Part shown: positions 13,744 to 24,845 of the stretch, piece after piece | Numbering within the stretch: the stretch's first letter is position 1 | Layout: every line of letters begins with the position of its first letter | NCBI GenBank assembly: GCA_963733035.1 | Contig: CAVTBU010000005.1 | Location: 832,001 to 896,000, forward strand | Source of the DNA: Pirellulales bacterium | GTDB taxonomy: Bacteria; Planctomycetota; Planctomycetia; Pirellulales; PALSA-1355 | Direction: 5' to 3' | DNA: 64,000 bases | Position numbers and translations under genes: made by a program | Notes under the pieces: generated by a model | Seen by the model: only the letters and a program-made list of their open reading frames with translations | What the model was told of the DNA's origin: nothing | The model's database searches: none

Positions 13744-14328
13744 ATGGTCCGGATCGTTTTGATACGCCCTGCCGCCACGGAATACGATGAGCAGGGTCGC
13801 ATTCTGGGCACGCTTGACATTCCCCTTAGCGAGCAGGGCGAACGCGACGTCTCGCGAATTATCGACGAGATCCGTCCGCTGGCCATCAACGCCATTTATA
13901 CGGGTCCCTGCCAATCGGCCTGCCAGACCGCGACGGCAATCGCCGAAGCGCTGGACGTAAAACTGAGGAAAATAGAAAGTCTGCGCAATATTGACCATGG
14001 ACTATGGCAGGGTATGCTGATCGAGGATGTCAAACGTAAGCAGCCCAGGGTCTTCCGACAGTGGCAGGAACAGCCGGGGATTATTTGCCCGCCTGAAGGT
14101 GAAATGCTGAGCGAAGCTCGCCAGCGGGTCCAAGCGGCATTGACGAAGATCCTAAAAAAGTACAAAGAAGGCACCGTGGCCTTCGTCATTCCCGATCCGC
14201 TGGCCGGAGTGGTTCAGGGAGAGCTATTGCAGCGCGAAATCGTGGATTTCTGGAAAACCCGTTCCGCCTGCGGAAAATGGGAAATTATTGACGGCGAACC
14301 GCACAATTTCGTCGAGGCACACTCCTAA
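13744..14328 (+). CDS. Histidine-phosphatase (phosphoglycerate mutase) fold protein lacking the catalytic His
   Basis: LIRPAAT (RHG degenerate), DIPLSEQG, GLWQG, PPEGE. Confidence 0.8.
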   Translation: MVRIVLIRPAATEYDEQGRILGTLDIPLSEQGERDVSRIIDEIRPLAINAIYTGPCQSACQTATAIAEALDVKLRKIESLRNIDHGLWQGMLIEDVKRKQPRVFRQWQEQPGIICPPEGEMLSEARQRVQAALTKILKKYKEGTVAFVIPDPLAGVVQGELLQREIVDFWKTRSACGKWEIIDGEPHNFVEAHS

Positions 14329-14436
14329 AAACTGACCGAAATATCGCCGCTGGCGTCTAACGATTGCCGATGGTGACATAGATAGACGAATCAACAACCT
14401 GGCTGCCCCCTAACCGGGTTCAGGTTTCAACAAAGC

Positions 14437-15297
14437 ATGTCGACAATTCCCTCGCAACCCAACGTTTCGGTCCCCGCAACGCGACGCCCCAAGCGGGGCG
14501 TCCCTGAGGGACTTTGGCAGCGATGTCCCGGCTGCCAGCAAACCATATTCCGTAAGCAGGCCGAGCGTGCCCTAGGAGTCTGCCCCGAGTGTGACTATCA
14601 CTGGTACGTCTCGGCCCGTGATCGCATCAGACAGGTCCTCGACGAAGGGACTTTCGAGGAGTGGGACGCCCACCTCGAACCAAGCGATCCGCTGAGCTTT
14701 GTCGATAAGACACCTTACGCCGAGAAGCTCAAGAAGGAACAAGCCCGCACCGGTCTGAAGGAGGCCGCCGTGGTCGGAACGGGCATGATCCGCGCCCGTC
14801 GCGTGGCGTTTGGCGTGACCGACTCGGCATTCATCATGGGGAGCATGGGAGCGGTCGTCGGCGAAAAACTCACCCGGCTCGTGGAGCGTGCCACGGCCGA
14901 GCGATTGCCGCTGATCATCATTAGCGCGTCAGGCGGCGGCGCCCGCATGCACGAAGGCATTCTCTCGCTGATGCAGATGGCCAAAATTTCGGCCGCCCTG
15001 GCACGCTACGATCAGGCCGGAGGTTTGTTTATTTCGGTGCTCACCAATCCGACAATGGGTGGCGTCGCCGCCAGCTTTGCTTCTCTGGGCGACATTATAT
15101 TTGCCGAACCAAAGGCCCTGATCGGTTTTGCCGGACCGCGCACGATTCAGGCCACGATTCGCATTGAATTGCCCAAGGGGTTTCAAACGAGTGAATTCCT
15201 GCTCGAGCACGGCTATATCGACCGCATCGTGCGACGTTGCGATTTGAAGACCGAGATCGCTCGAACGATCGACTACTGCGGCAAGATGCCGCGTTAG
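14437..15297 (+). CDS. accD: Acetyl-CoA carboxylase carboxyltransferase beta subunit
   Basis: CxxC...CxxC zinc finger, [31 protein letters not shown]. Confidence 0.96.
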   Translation: MSTIPSQPNVSVPATRRPKRGVPEGLWQRCPGCQQTIFRKQAERALGVCPECDYHWYVSARDRIRQVLDEGTFEEWDAHLEPSDPLSFVDKTPYAEKLKKEQARTGLKEAAVVGTGMIRARRVAFGVTDSAFIMGSMGAVVGEKLTRLVERATAERLPLIIISASGGGARMHEGILSLMQMAKISAALARYDQAGGLFISVLTNPTMGGVAASFASLGDIIFAEPKALIGFAGPRTIQATIRIELPKGFQTSEFLLEHGYIDRIVRRCDLKTEIARTIDYCGKMPR

Positions 15298-15445
15298 GGC
15301 CTGCGTGGCAGGGGTTCGCGTTCTTGCTTGGCAAAGCGGGGAACTTGCCTGCTCGTGCGCCGGGGCCTAAAGTAGCGCTAGGCCGTCGTGGACCGGTTCA
15401 AACGGGCGTTCGCCCTGCCGCGATGGTCGGTGGAGAGGCACCTCA

Positions 15446-16309
15446 ATGGGTCTGCTGGACAAGCTGTTCAAGGGCTCGAAGACCAACCTCAAGTCGCGGT
15501 TTGAGCTGCTGCGCGAGGCGATCTCCGGCACGATGTCCACGTTTCACATGGCCCGCGACCGCAACACCAAGGAGGTCGTGGGACTCAAGATTCTCGATCG
15601 CGAGAAAACCGCGCATTTGGAATCGAGGTTCGTCGGCATTGATAAGCCGAAGGAGGGCGAGATTGCTGTTTCGATCTCGCACGAGTACATCGTCCGCACG
15701 ATGGAGCATGGCATCTCCACGGATAATGAACAGTTCTTGGTAATGGAGTTTCTGGACGGTCCAGGCCTCAATTCGCTCATCGTCGGCCGGAGCGAAAAGC
15801 TGGAAGGTCGACGGGTTGAGCTCTTGCGCCAGGCTGCCGAAGCAATCGGGGCCGTGCATCGGGCGGGTTTTATTCACCGGGACATCTGCCCTAGAAACTT
15901 TGTCGCCGAGAAGGATTGCCAGTCGCTCAAACTAATTGATTTCGGCCTCACTGTACCGAATGCGCCTCCCTTCACGCTGCCGGGCAACCGCACGGGCACG
16001 GCCAACTACATGGCACCCGAAGTGGTTCGACGTCGGCCAACGAGCACGCGGCTCGATATATTCTCGTTCGGCGTCACGGCGTTCGAATTGTGTGCATTCG
16101 AGTTGCCGTGGCCGCGCGGAACCGGTGTGGCCGCGATGACCCACGGCGCAATCGAACCGGCCGACATCCGAAAGTTCTGCCCCAAGATTGATCCCCGACT
16201 CGAAAAGGCGATCTACGCCTGCCTGCAATCGGAACCGGACAAGCGCCCTGGATCGATGGAGGACTTCTTGAGAATGATCAAGAACGTAAAGCACGAATTT
16301 ACCGCTTGA
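15446..16309 (+). CDS. Serine/threonine protein kinase (catalytic domain only)
   Basis: GLK, HRDICPRN, IDFG, GTANYMAPE, DIFSFG. Confidence 0.92.
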   Translation: MGLLDKLFKGSKTNLKSRFELLREAISGTMSTFHMARDRNTKEVVGLKILDREKTAHLESRFVGIDKPKEGEIAVSISHEYIVRTMEHGISTDNEQFLVMEFLDGPGLNSLIVGRSEKLEGRRVELLRQAAEAIGAVHRAGFIHRDICPRNFVAEKDCQSLKLIDFGLTVPNAPPFTLPGNRTGTANYMAPEVVRRRPTSTRLDIFSFGVTAFELCAFELPWPRGTGVAAMTHGAIEPADIRKFCPKIDPRLEKAIYACLQSEPDKRPGSMEDFLRMIKNVKHEFTA

Positions 16310-16405
16310 AAGGGCTCGTCCGCAGTCAATCTTGCTTCCGCGAAGTCGCCCGTAAGCTAGATTTAAGGAGCCCAGTTTTCTAGCGTATGGTTCATCGGTG
16401 CGACC

Positions 16406-16999
16406 ATGATTCATCGACTTTTCTTGCTGACCGCGGCCGTCTCCCTGGCGTTATTGACAGGCTGCTCGGAAACACCCGAGGCGCAGGCACTTGCCGCGAT
16501 TGCAAGCGTGGGGGGGCAAGTCCGCTCCGACAACCAAGGACGCATCCTCTCGGTCGATTTAAGCGAAACACCCGCTCAAGACAACGTATTGGCGGCCATC
16601 GCCGTGTTGCCGCACGTGCAAACCATTAATTGCACCAACGCCCATCACATCACCGGCAGCGGATTGGCCGCCTTGAGTGGACTGACAGACTTGCAGACGC
16701 TCTATCTGGTAGGTACCGAACTCGACGACGTTGGATTGTCGCACATTGGCAACCTGACCTCGCTGAAGACGCTGCAAATTGGACATACCAAGATCACGGA
16801 TGCAGGCATGCCCGCGCTGGATCACCTGGAGAACCTGCAAACGCTGTCGTTGGGCAACACCGCCGTGACCGACCAGGGACTCGTCCAATTGCGCGACCTG
16901 CGTCACCTTTCCACGCTGATCCTGCGCGACACCAAGACGACCCGCCGCGGTGTTCAGGAACTTCGCCGCATGTTGCCCGAAGTACGCGTGGTTAATTAG
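16406..16999 (+). CDS. Leucine-rich-repeat lipoprotein
   Basis: LTGC lipobox; repeated LxxLxxLxLxxTxITDxG units. Confidence 0.85.
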   Translation: MIHRLFLLTAAVSLALLTGCSETPEAQALAAIASVGGQVRSDNQGRILSVDLSETPAQDNVLAAIAVLPHVQTINCTNAHHITGSGLAALSGLTDLQTLYLVGTELDDVGLSHIGNLTSLKTLQIGHTKITDAGMPALDHLENLQTLSLGNTAVTDQGLVQLRDLRHLSTLILRDTKTTRRGVQELRRMLPEVRVVN

Positions 17000-17055
17000 C
17001 AGCGCGGCTTTTCGTGCGTGCTGATTCTTGGCGGCGATGCCACGGCGCAATTACA

Positions 17056-18039
17056 ATGCCTTACCAGCGGCGGGGCATTGTGTTCCGACAGGACAATGAT
17101 GTGGCACGGGCTCATTCCGCCAGACGCGGCTTCACGATCGTGGAGCTACTGGTGGTGATCGCAATCATCGGTCTGCTGACAGGATTGCTGGTGCCAGCGG
17201 TTCAAGCGGCGCGCGAGAGCGCCAGGCGTACTTCGTGCCTCAACAACTTGAAACAGATCGGGCTCGCGTTGCACCACTACAGTGACGCGCACGGCCGGTT
17301 GCCTCCCTCCAGTACCTCGGCCGTCGATTTCGGCGTCTGGAATTATGCCTCGGATCCAGCCGTTCACCTGCACAGTTGGCGAAGCTTGATTCTGCCGTAC
17401 GCGGAAGGGGAAAATCTGGCCCGATCGATCGACTACGAGCGTTCATCACTGGCAACAGAAAATCGACCGGCGGCCGCGACCGTCGTGCCATTTTATCGCT
17501 GTGCCTCGTTCAGTGGACGCGACTACTCGGACGAACCGAAGTATACGGCCTTGTCGGCGAACTTCGCGATCGCCAATTACGTGGCCCTGGGAGCCACGAC
17601 CGTAGGCAAACTCTGGGAACCGTCGGCAAGCGGGGGCCGCCGCCCGGACGGCACAATCTATCCGCTGTCGGAGACCCGTCTGAAGGACGTCACCGACGGC
17701 CTGTCACACACGGTCATTGTTGCCGAAACGCGGGAACAAAACGCGGCGGTATGGATCGACGGCACCGCGGCGTCCGCCGTGGCCCACCGCTTCGACATCA
17801 GCCAGGTGCCGGAGTATGCCGGGCCGGAGCTCTCGCTCAACTATTCCCCCTACTACGAGTACGGCGATTCGAATGACTCGATCAATAGCCTCTATGGCCC
17901 GTCAGGCATGCACGCGAACGTTGTCCTGCACCTGTGGGGCGATGGCTCGGCCGGGCCGGTCGAAGTCCAAATCGCCCCCGAGCTGTACGATGCTTTGATT
18001 ACTCGGGCTGGCGACGAAGTTGGCTCGCCGCGACCTTGA
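17056..18039 (+). CDS. DUF1559 prepilin-type N-terminal cleavage domain protein
   Basis: GFTIVELLVVIAIIG, AREsARRTSCLNNLKQIGLA, DGLSHT, C-terminal H-x9-DG-like motif (HANVVLHLWGDGS); start uncertain (17056/17080/17101). Confidence 0.92.
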   Translation: MPYQRRGIVFRQDNDVARAHSARRGFTIVELLVVIAIIGLLTGLLVPAVQAARESARRTSCLNNLKQIGLALHHYSDAHGRLPPSSTSAVDFGVWNYASDPAVHLHSWRSLILPYAEGENLARSIDYERSSLATENRPAAATVVPFYRCASFSGRDYSDEPKYTALSANFAIANYVALGATTVGKLWEPSASGGRRPDGTIYPLSETRLKDVTDGLSHTVIVAETREQNAAVWIDGTAASAVAHRFDISQVPEYAGPELSLNYSPYYEYGDSNDSINSLYGPSGMHANVVLHLWGDGSAGPVEVQIAPELYDALITRAGDEVGSPRP

Positions 18040-18281
18040 TCGAACCGCGTTGCCGGCTTTCCTGCAACGATTCCGCGCTTGCTGGCCGCCCGTTTCAGGC
18101 ATATACTGAGCGGTTTCCAACCGCTGCACAACGTGGGTAAAATGCCAGTGCAGTGCGTCGGCGGGACAGAAACCCGCCAGTGTGGCTACGGCTCCCGAAT
18201 GCCGGCCCGCAAATCACCGAACACGGCGCGTCAGCCACGACGATCTGGCGAGCCAAACCGACTGAACAAGGAATTCTCACC

Positions 18282-18512
18282 ATGACGATGGATAAGAGCC
18301 TGCGGGTTCGCCGCGGATTGCTCCGTAGCCGTAGCGTGCTCACCCGGGCCGAACGGCTCAGCCGATTGCAAGAAGCGGAGCGTTGGAACGAAGGCGATAG
18401 CCCGTTGGGCCTGCCCAAGGTGCGCGTCTTCAAGCTTTCGATGAAGAAGAAGAAGAAGAAGAAGGAAGAGGAAACCGGCGAAGGCGCCGCGGCAGAAACC
18501 AAGAAGAAGTAG
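18282..18512 (+). CDS. PVC-superphylum small basic signature protein
   Basis: MTMDKSL...[10 protein letters not shown]...[10 protein letters not shown] with Lys-rich tail. Confidence 0.9.
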   Translation: MTMDKSLRVRRGLLRSRSVLTRAERLSRLQEAERWNEGDSPLGLPKVRVFKLSMKKKKKKKEEETGEGAAAETKKK

Positions 18513-18607
18513 GCCAATCGGCGACTTGGTGCCGGAGTCACGGCGCAACCTCGTGCTGCGAAGTGCCAATCCGTGTTCAGGTTGCCCTTCAACGAGAAAC
18601 GTCGGCC

Positions 18608-19880
18608 ATGCGCGTTCGACTGGAATACGCTCGCACCGGCCTCGAGGTCGAACTGCCCGACAAGCACGTGGTACGCACGCTGGCGTATAAGGACGCCGCG
18701 CCGCTCGTGGATCCCGCTGCTGCCTTGAAGGCAGTGCTCGCGCAACCGACTGGCACACCTCCACTGGCGACGTTGGCTCGCGACCGTCACGACGCCTGCA
18801 TCGCCATCTGCGATATCACGCGGCCCGTGCCCAACAAGTTGATGCTGCGGCCGATCCTGGCCACGCTCGAGCAGGCGGGTATTCCGCGCGACAAGATCAC
18901 GATCCTGATCGCCACGGGCTTGCATCGCGAAAGCAGGCCGAATGAACTCGTCGAAATGGTCGGCGAAGAAATCGCGGCCAAGTATGCAATCTTTGATCAT
19001 CATGGCCAGCAGATCGAAGAGCACACCTATCTCGGCGAAAGTCCGCGAGGGGTACCGGTGTGGATCGATTCGCGATACGTTCACGCGGACCTCAAGATCA
19101 CCATCGGACTAATCGAGCCACACCTGATGGCGGGCTTTTCGGGGGGTCGAAAACTCGTGTGTCCGGGCCTGGCCGCGTTGCAAACGGTGAAAGTTTGGCA
19201 TGGGCCGGACTTCATCGAACACCCGAATGCCGACTGCGGCATACTCGAGGGCAACCCAGTTCACGAAGAAAACACCTGGATCGCGCGTTGCGCCGGCTGC
19301 GATTTTATTGCCAACGTCGTCATCGATGCCGAGCGTCGACCCCTCAAGTTCGTGGCCGGCGACATGGAACAGGCGTTTCTGGAAGGCGTCGAATTCGTCC
19401 GCGGCGTGGTGATCGACACGGTTGATGAGCCGGTCGACATCGTCGTCACTAGCTCGGCCGGTTATCCGCTCGACACGACCTTCTATCAATCGGTCAAAGG
19501 CATGACCGGCGCTGCCCATCGTAAAGCAAGGGGGCACGATCATTGTGGCTGCCGGCCTCACCGAAGGGATCGGCAGTCCGGAGTTTGAGCGGCTCTTCGA
19601 CGAACATCCCAATCTCGACGTGTTCGTCGAGCGCGTGCTGGGAAGGAACTACTTCGTGCTCGACCAGTGGCAACTGGAAGAATTGGCCAAAGTACGCCGC
19701 AAGGCAAAAGTGAAAATGGTGAGCGACGGCTTGCCGGCCGCAACCATCGACAGGCTATTCGTCGAGAGTGCATCGAGCGTCGAAACGGCCGTGGCCGACT
19801 CGCTAGCCGAATATGGCCCGGATGCCACGATCGCTGTGATTCCGAAGGGTCCGTATGTTCTGCCGAGGGTGGAAGCCTAA
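18608..19880 (+). CDS. larA: Nickel-dependent lactate racemase family protein; frameshift at about 19512
   Basis: [40 protein letters not shown]. Resumes as [10 protein letters not shown]...IPKGPY. Confidence 0.85.
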
Positions 19881-21130
19881 GTTCCAGTCGGCCGCGGCTG
19901 GGCTTTCGCCCATTCTTCCGGGGAGACCGAGCGTTTTTCGTGCAGCAGTACGTTCGCCCCTTTCATACCGCCCACGACAATGTCTGGAAGTCCGTCGCCG
20001 TTGACGTCGGAAACCGTTACCTGGCGTCCAATCCCGGTTTCTTCCGCAGCCATATGCGGAACCCAGTCGACGCCGTCTTTGTGCCGCACGAGTTTGAACC
20101 AATACACAACGGCGCCGGCATCCCACATCGGACTCTGGGTGTGATGTGACCAGTACGTTTTGCCGGTAACGATATCCTTCAACCCGTCGCCGTCCATGTC
20201 GACCAGGTTCACAGAATGCAGTTCGCTAAATACCAACCCGTAGCGATTCTGCGCCGGCTTGCTCCCCATGATCAAGTGCTGCCGAAACGCGATCTTTGCG
20301 CCATCGCGTCGCTGCTCATGCCAGGCAAGTCCAAAGTCATGTGCCGCCAGGCTCGTGATGACGTCGTTATCCCCATCGCCATCGACGTCGTAGACGTACA
20401 TTTCGGCCCCACCCGGACCAGCGAAATTCACTTTGTGGAACTTCCATTGTTCCGCGCTACCGAGAGACTCGGGCTGCTCGAACCAACCGTCCTTGGTGAC
20501 GATGTCGCTGCGTCCATCCCCGTTGACGTCACCGGCACCCAGGCCATGGCCGAAGGGGCGCGGCGCGTTTCGCTCGGAGATGATGTGAAACGTCCAGGCG
20601 GCAAGTGGCTTGTCCCAGTCGATCGTGGCGTAGCCAAAATAGCCGTTGTGCGTGCAGAGGAACTCGGGCCGCTCATCTCCCACTAGATCGATCAATTGCG
20701 GAGATTCGTTGCACACTGAATCGATCACCTTGTGACGTGGCCACGGTTTGTCGAACCCATCGGGTCCTGGGTTCTCGTAGACATAGGCAGGCGTCCCAGG
20801 GAAACCAGCCGTGAGTACGTCGTTGCGTCGGTCACCGTTAAAGTCGTACAGCCAGCAGAAGAAATGATCCGCGTAGGCTTCACGCGGCTGTGCCTTCGGG
20901 GGATAGATCTTGAAACGTTGGGTGAAATCAGGCCCTTTGAACCAGTAGGGGCCGTACACGGCGTCGACCGTGCCATCGCCGTCAATGTCGCCGACGTTGG
21001 CTCCCTCGGAGTAATAGACGTCCGTAAGCGGCACGACTTCGAAATGGTGGACGAAGTGTTCCTCAGCCGTGACGGCGGGCACCATGAATGGCATGACGAA
21101 CGCACACCACAATAGGCGACGACGAAACAT
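19877..21130 (-). CDS. Secreted FG-GAP/VCBS repeat protein
   Basis: Signal peptide; repeated GDxDGDG..D motifs. Confidence 0.85.
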   Translation of the reverse strand: MFRRRLLWCAFVMPFMVPAVTAEEHFVHHFEVVPLTDVYYSEGANVGDIDGDGTVDAVYGPYWFKGPDFTQRFKIYPPKAQPREAYADHFFCWLYDFNGDRRNDVLTAGFPGTPAYVYENPGPDGFDKPWPRHKVIDSVCNESPQLIDLVGDERPEFLCTHNGYFGYATIDWDKPLAAWTFHIISERNAPRPFGHGLGAGDVNGDGRSDIVTKDGWFEQPESLGSAEQWKFHKVNFAGPGGAEMYVYDVDGDGDNDVITSLAAHDFGLAWHEQRRDGAKIAFRQHLIMGSKPAQNRYGLVFSELHSVNLVDMDGDGLKDIVTGKTYWSHHTQSPMWDAGAVVYWFKLVRHKDGVDWVPHMAAEETGIGRQVTVSDVNGDGLPDIVVGGMKGANVLLHEKRSVSPEEWAKAQPRPTGT

Positions 21131-21372
21131 GGGTCTCTCCTCGGGCGATTCAACTTGAGCAAACACTTTCCCGCCAGAGGCGAGCGTGCCCTGAATGCGC
21201 CTCACTCTGTCACAGGCATTGCCCGCTGTCAAAGGGATGGCGAAAAACCGGCAGCCGGCCGCAGTCTGGCTTGACTGAGCCCAGCCGTAACGTAGCGTTG
21301 CCTGGAGCGGTGCGCCTGCGGAATTGCCCAGGCGCCCGTGGTATCTCTCCCCTCAAATTCTGCCCGATCGCG

Positions 21373-22368
21373 ATGTCGACTCTGCTCCGCCAAATTGCCC
21401 TGGGTGTGGCGGCCGGTCTACTATGTGGTGTCCCAGCATGGGCCGCCGAAAGTCCGAGCCAGCGGTACCAGCGACTTGCCGTGTCGTATGAACAAGCCGA
21501 TGCAGCCGGCAAGCAGCGGTGGTTGGTTGACCTACTTCTCCACCGATCCGATCGCGCTTGTCGCGTCTACCTGGTCGCGGACGATCTGCAGCGGATTCGC
21601 GCCCGGCATCGCGCGATCCTGTTGCGTGCGGCCGCAGGTAGCGAGCTCAGCGACAGTGGCGTGCAGCGTCTGCTTGCGGAAGTCGACACTGAAGAACAGC
21701 ATGCCATTGACAGACTGCAGCGTGACTATGAATTCGCAACCGCCCAAGCATTTCACGACAACCGAGACCAGTTCGAAAGGTGGCACAATGCGTGGCACGC
21801 AATTGAAAGCAAGTGGCTCGCTGCCGGCCAACCGTTTTCGTGGCAGCCAAAGATAATCGCCTGGCTCCAGCAGGCAGGCGAACGTCAGGCACGGCTTGAA
21901 CCGCCAGTTCCGAGCAAGTCCACAGCGGAGCGAGCTGTTCCTCGGCCAGTGAGCCCCACCATCCGTGTCATCCCGCCACCGCTGAGAGCCAGCATCCGGC
22001 ACGACGAACTCGAAGCCAGGATCGCAGGCTATAATCTTGCCCTTTCGCGACTGATTTCCGACCTGCATATGCAGCACACGTGGACGGCTGAGGAACTTGG
22101 CCATGCTGCCAACGAGCTGGCCGAATTGGCCACCGTGCGGCACGACCTGACGCTCTATTGGGAACTACTGCCGCTTGACCATCGTGCTCGCATGCCATCG
22201 CTCGAAGCACTCGAAAGCGCAGTTTCACTGCTTGCAGCGCGCACGGCCCAACGGCGGCGCAAGTTGGAGGTCTCGGCTGCGTCGGCAAATAGTGATACAG
22301 CCAAGGAACTGCGTTGCTTGGACGAAGTTTCTCGCCGGCTGGCGACGCTAGCAGCTACCCGTTCTTGA
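21373..22368 (+). CDS. Hypothetical secreted helical protein
   Basis: Long ORF with a signal-peptide-like N-terminus (PAWA). Confidence 0.65.
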   Translation: MSTLLRQIALGVAAGLLCGVPAWAAESPSQRYQRLAVSYEQADAAGKQRWLVDLLLHRSDRACRVYLVADDLQRIRARHRAILLRAAAGSELSDSGVQRLLAEVDTEEQHAIDRLQRDYEFATAQAFHDNRDQFERWHNAWHAIESKWLAAGQPFSWQPKIIAWLQQAGERQARLEPPVPSKSTAERAVPRPVSPTIRVIPPPLRASIRHDELEARIAGYNLALSRLISDLHMQHTWTAEELGHAANELAELATVRHDLTLYWELLPLDHRARMPSLEALESAVSLLAARTAQRRRKLEVSAASANSDTAKELRCLDEVSRRLATLAATRS

Positions 22369-22594
22369 GCCAGTCGCGGCTCGGCCGAGGCACTTTGGGC
22401 GCTTGCCCACGAAGTGATCTTTTCCGCCAGGTCAAACTTTGCTACTTAAGCCGCCCGCCTGACCAAGCGGACATCGGTTCGCGCTGGTCTGGGGCAAAAT
22501 CGACCACGTCTAGGCCATATGTGTCCAAAGGCTCGTTCGCGCCAGTTTGCGGCTCGAACGGGCAACCCTTCACCTCGTTTGCGGACGCACGAAT

Positions 22595-24818
22595 ATGAAA
22601 CGTACCGTTTTCGGCGTATTGGTCATGAGCTCTCTGGTGGGAGTGGGCTCGGTGGGCGTGTATTACGCCCAGGGCAAACTTGCACCCAAAGCAAATTCAA
22701 CGACTGAAACCGATACACCAGACGATGCATCTGCCCGCGTGCCAAAGCCCATTCCGGTCACGCGAAAAGCCACGGCTACGTCGGCACCGCGCGCCATCGA
22801 CCCGTATGCGAACGAGGCCACCCAAGTTGTTGCCAGTGGCGATCGCTACCAGCCGGCCGACTATGCACAGTCTCCAGTCCGATCTGCGGCTGCCCGCATA
22901 CCGGCCGACGATACTCCGGATGTCGACCAGCTAGCCGACGACCGCTACGCCCCGTACGACGCGACGCCGGCGGCGGCCGCTGAGCCCGCGGTGAGCGACA
23001 TACCCGATGCCGATCAGGTCGCCGCCGTGCCCAGCCCAAGCCCATTCGCCGGACGGGAGCCGGGTTCCGCAATTCCAGCCAACAGCAATCCGCGCTATGC
23101 CGATTCGCCGGCAACAGCCGACTACGCCGACGAGCCGGCGGCGGAACCTGCGTATGCGGCGCCGGCCGATTCCTATTCAACCGCGCCCCGTCACCTGACC
23201 GGCGACGAAGCCGCTCCGGGCGAAGCCGGCAATCCATTGCGCACCGACTTTGACTCGCCGACGCCCCATGCAACGCAGACCCCCAGCGACCGATATGGCG
23301 ACGAGGCGTTCCCAGCCGAGCAGGGAGCGCCGCAGCCATACGATAACTTTGCCGCCGAAGCGGCCGCCGTGCCGTTGGCCGGCTCCGCACCACCCGAGAC
23401 GGAACCGGTCAGCGAAGGAACCGGACGTCCCGGCGACCCGCAGCTGAACGGCACACAAGCCCCCGCTCTGACGATCGAAAAAACGGCTCCGCCGGAAATC
23501 CAGATTGGCAAGCCCGCCAAGTTCACGATTAAAGTCAGAAACGCCGGCACGGTAACGGCTCACGGTGTGGAAATTCACGACTCGATCCCACAGGGAACAC
23601 AACTGATCGATTCGTCTCCGCCAGCCAATCGCGGCCCCCAAGGCGAGCTACTGTGGGAGTTGGGCGCACTCAAGCCGGGCGAAGAGCAGACGGTTGAGTT
23701 GCAACTAATGCCGACGCACGAGGGCGAGATCGGCAGCGTCGCCACGGTTCATTTCCACGCCGAAGCGTCGGTTCGCACGCTGGCGACGAAGCCCATGCTT
23801 GCGATTGAGGTCCTCGGTCCGTCGAAGGTCAACAAGGGAGAGCAGTTCAGTCTCCGCATTAAGCTCTCAAACCCCGGCACCGGTGCCGCCAACGGCATCA
23901 TGATCACCGAAAGCGTACCGCAAGGCTTGACGCATCCGGCCGGCCGCGAGCTGGAATTCGAACTCGGCACTCTGAAACCCGGCGAAACCCGTGAACTCGA
24001 CCTGTCGCTAACCGCCGCCCAAGCCGGGCAGGCAGTGAACCTACTGCGAGCCGAAGGAGAAGCCAGCTTGCAGGCAGAAGCGCAAACCGAGATTGAAGTC
24101 GTCGCTCCGCAATTGCAGGTAGGCGCTGAGTGGCCCGAAGCTCCGCTACCTGGAGCGCAACGCGACTCACAATATTTCCGTCTCAAACCCTGGGACGGCC
24201 TCGGCCAAGAACATCGACCTGGTGGCCGTCTTGCCGCGAAACCTGAAATTCGTCGAGGCCAACAACGGCGGACAGTTCGACGAGGCGACCCATGCGGTCT
24301 ACTGGAACCTCGAAGAACTGCCGCCGCAGGAAACAGGCACGGTCAAGCTCACCACGCTGCCGCTGGAAGCCGGCGATGCCAAGCTGCTCATTAAGAGCAA
24401 ATCGGCCGCCGGACTCACGGACGAGCGCGAGGAAGTGGTCTCGATCGAGGGCCTGGCCGCCATCAACTTCCAGCTATCGGATATCAAGGATCCGATTGAA
24501 GTCGGCGCTGAAACGGCCTACGAAGTGCGTGTCACGAACCAGGGAACCAAGGCCGCCAGCAACGTGCGGTTGGCAGTGCTTGCGCCGCGGGGCATGAAAC
24601 CCGTGTCGGCCGAAGGTCCGGTGCGCTATAAAATCGAGGGGCAGCGGGTCATTTTTGAACCGCTCCGGCAATTGGCCCCCAAGGCCGACACCGCCTTCAC
24701 GATTAAAGTGCAGGCAACAGAAGTTGGGGATCAGCGGGTGCAAGTACAGGTTGTCACGGACGAGATCCGCGATCCAATCAGCAAGGAAGAGAGCACGCGA
24801 GTCTACGGCGCGGAGTAA
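22595..24818 (+). CDS. DUF11 repeat (OmcB-like Ig-fold) envelope protein; frameshift at about 24122
   Basis: N-terminal anchor, Pro/Ala/Asp-rich linker, repeated V.N.G...A..V modules, DPIEVG..T.YEVRVTNQG. Confidence 0.8.
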
Positions 24819-24845
24819 TTCTTCGTCATTACGACGGTTGACGGC

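Noticed and set aside
18444..18464. (AAG)7 microsatellite
   Set aside because: It encodes the poly-Lys tail typical of the PVC small basic protein.
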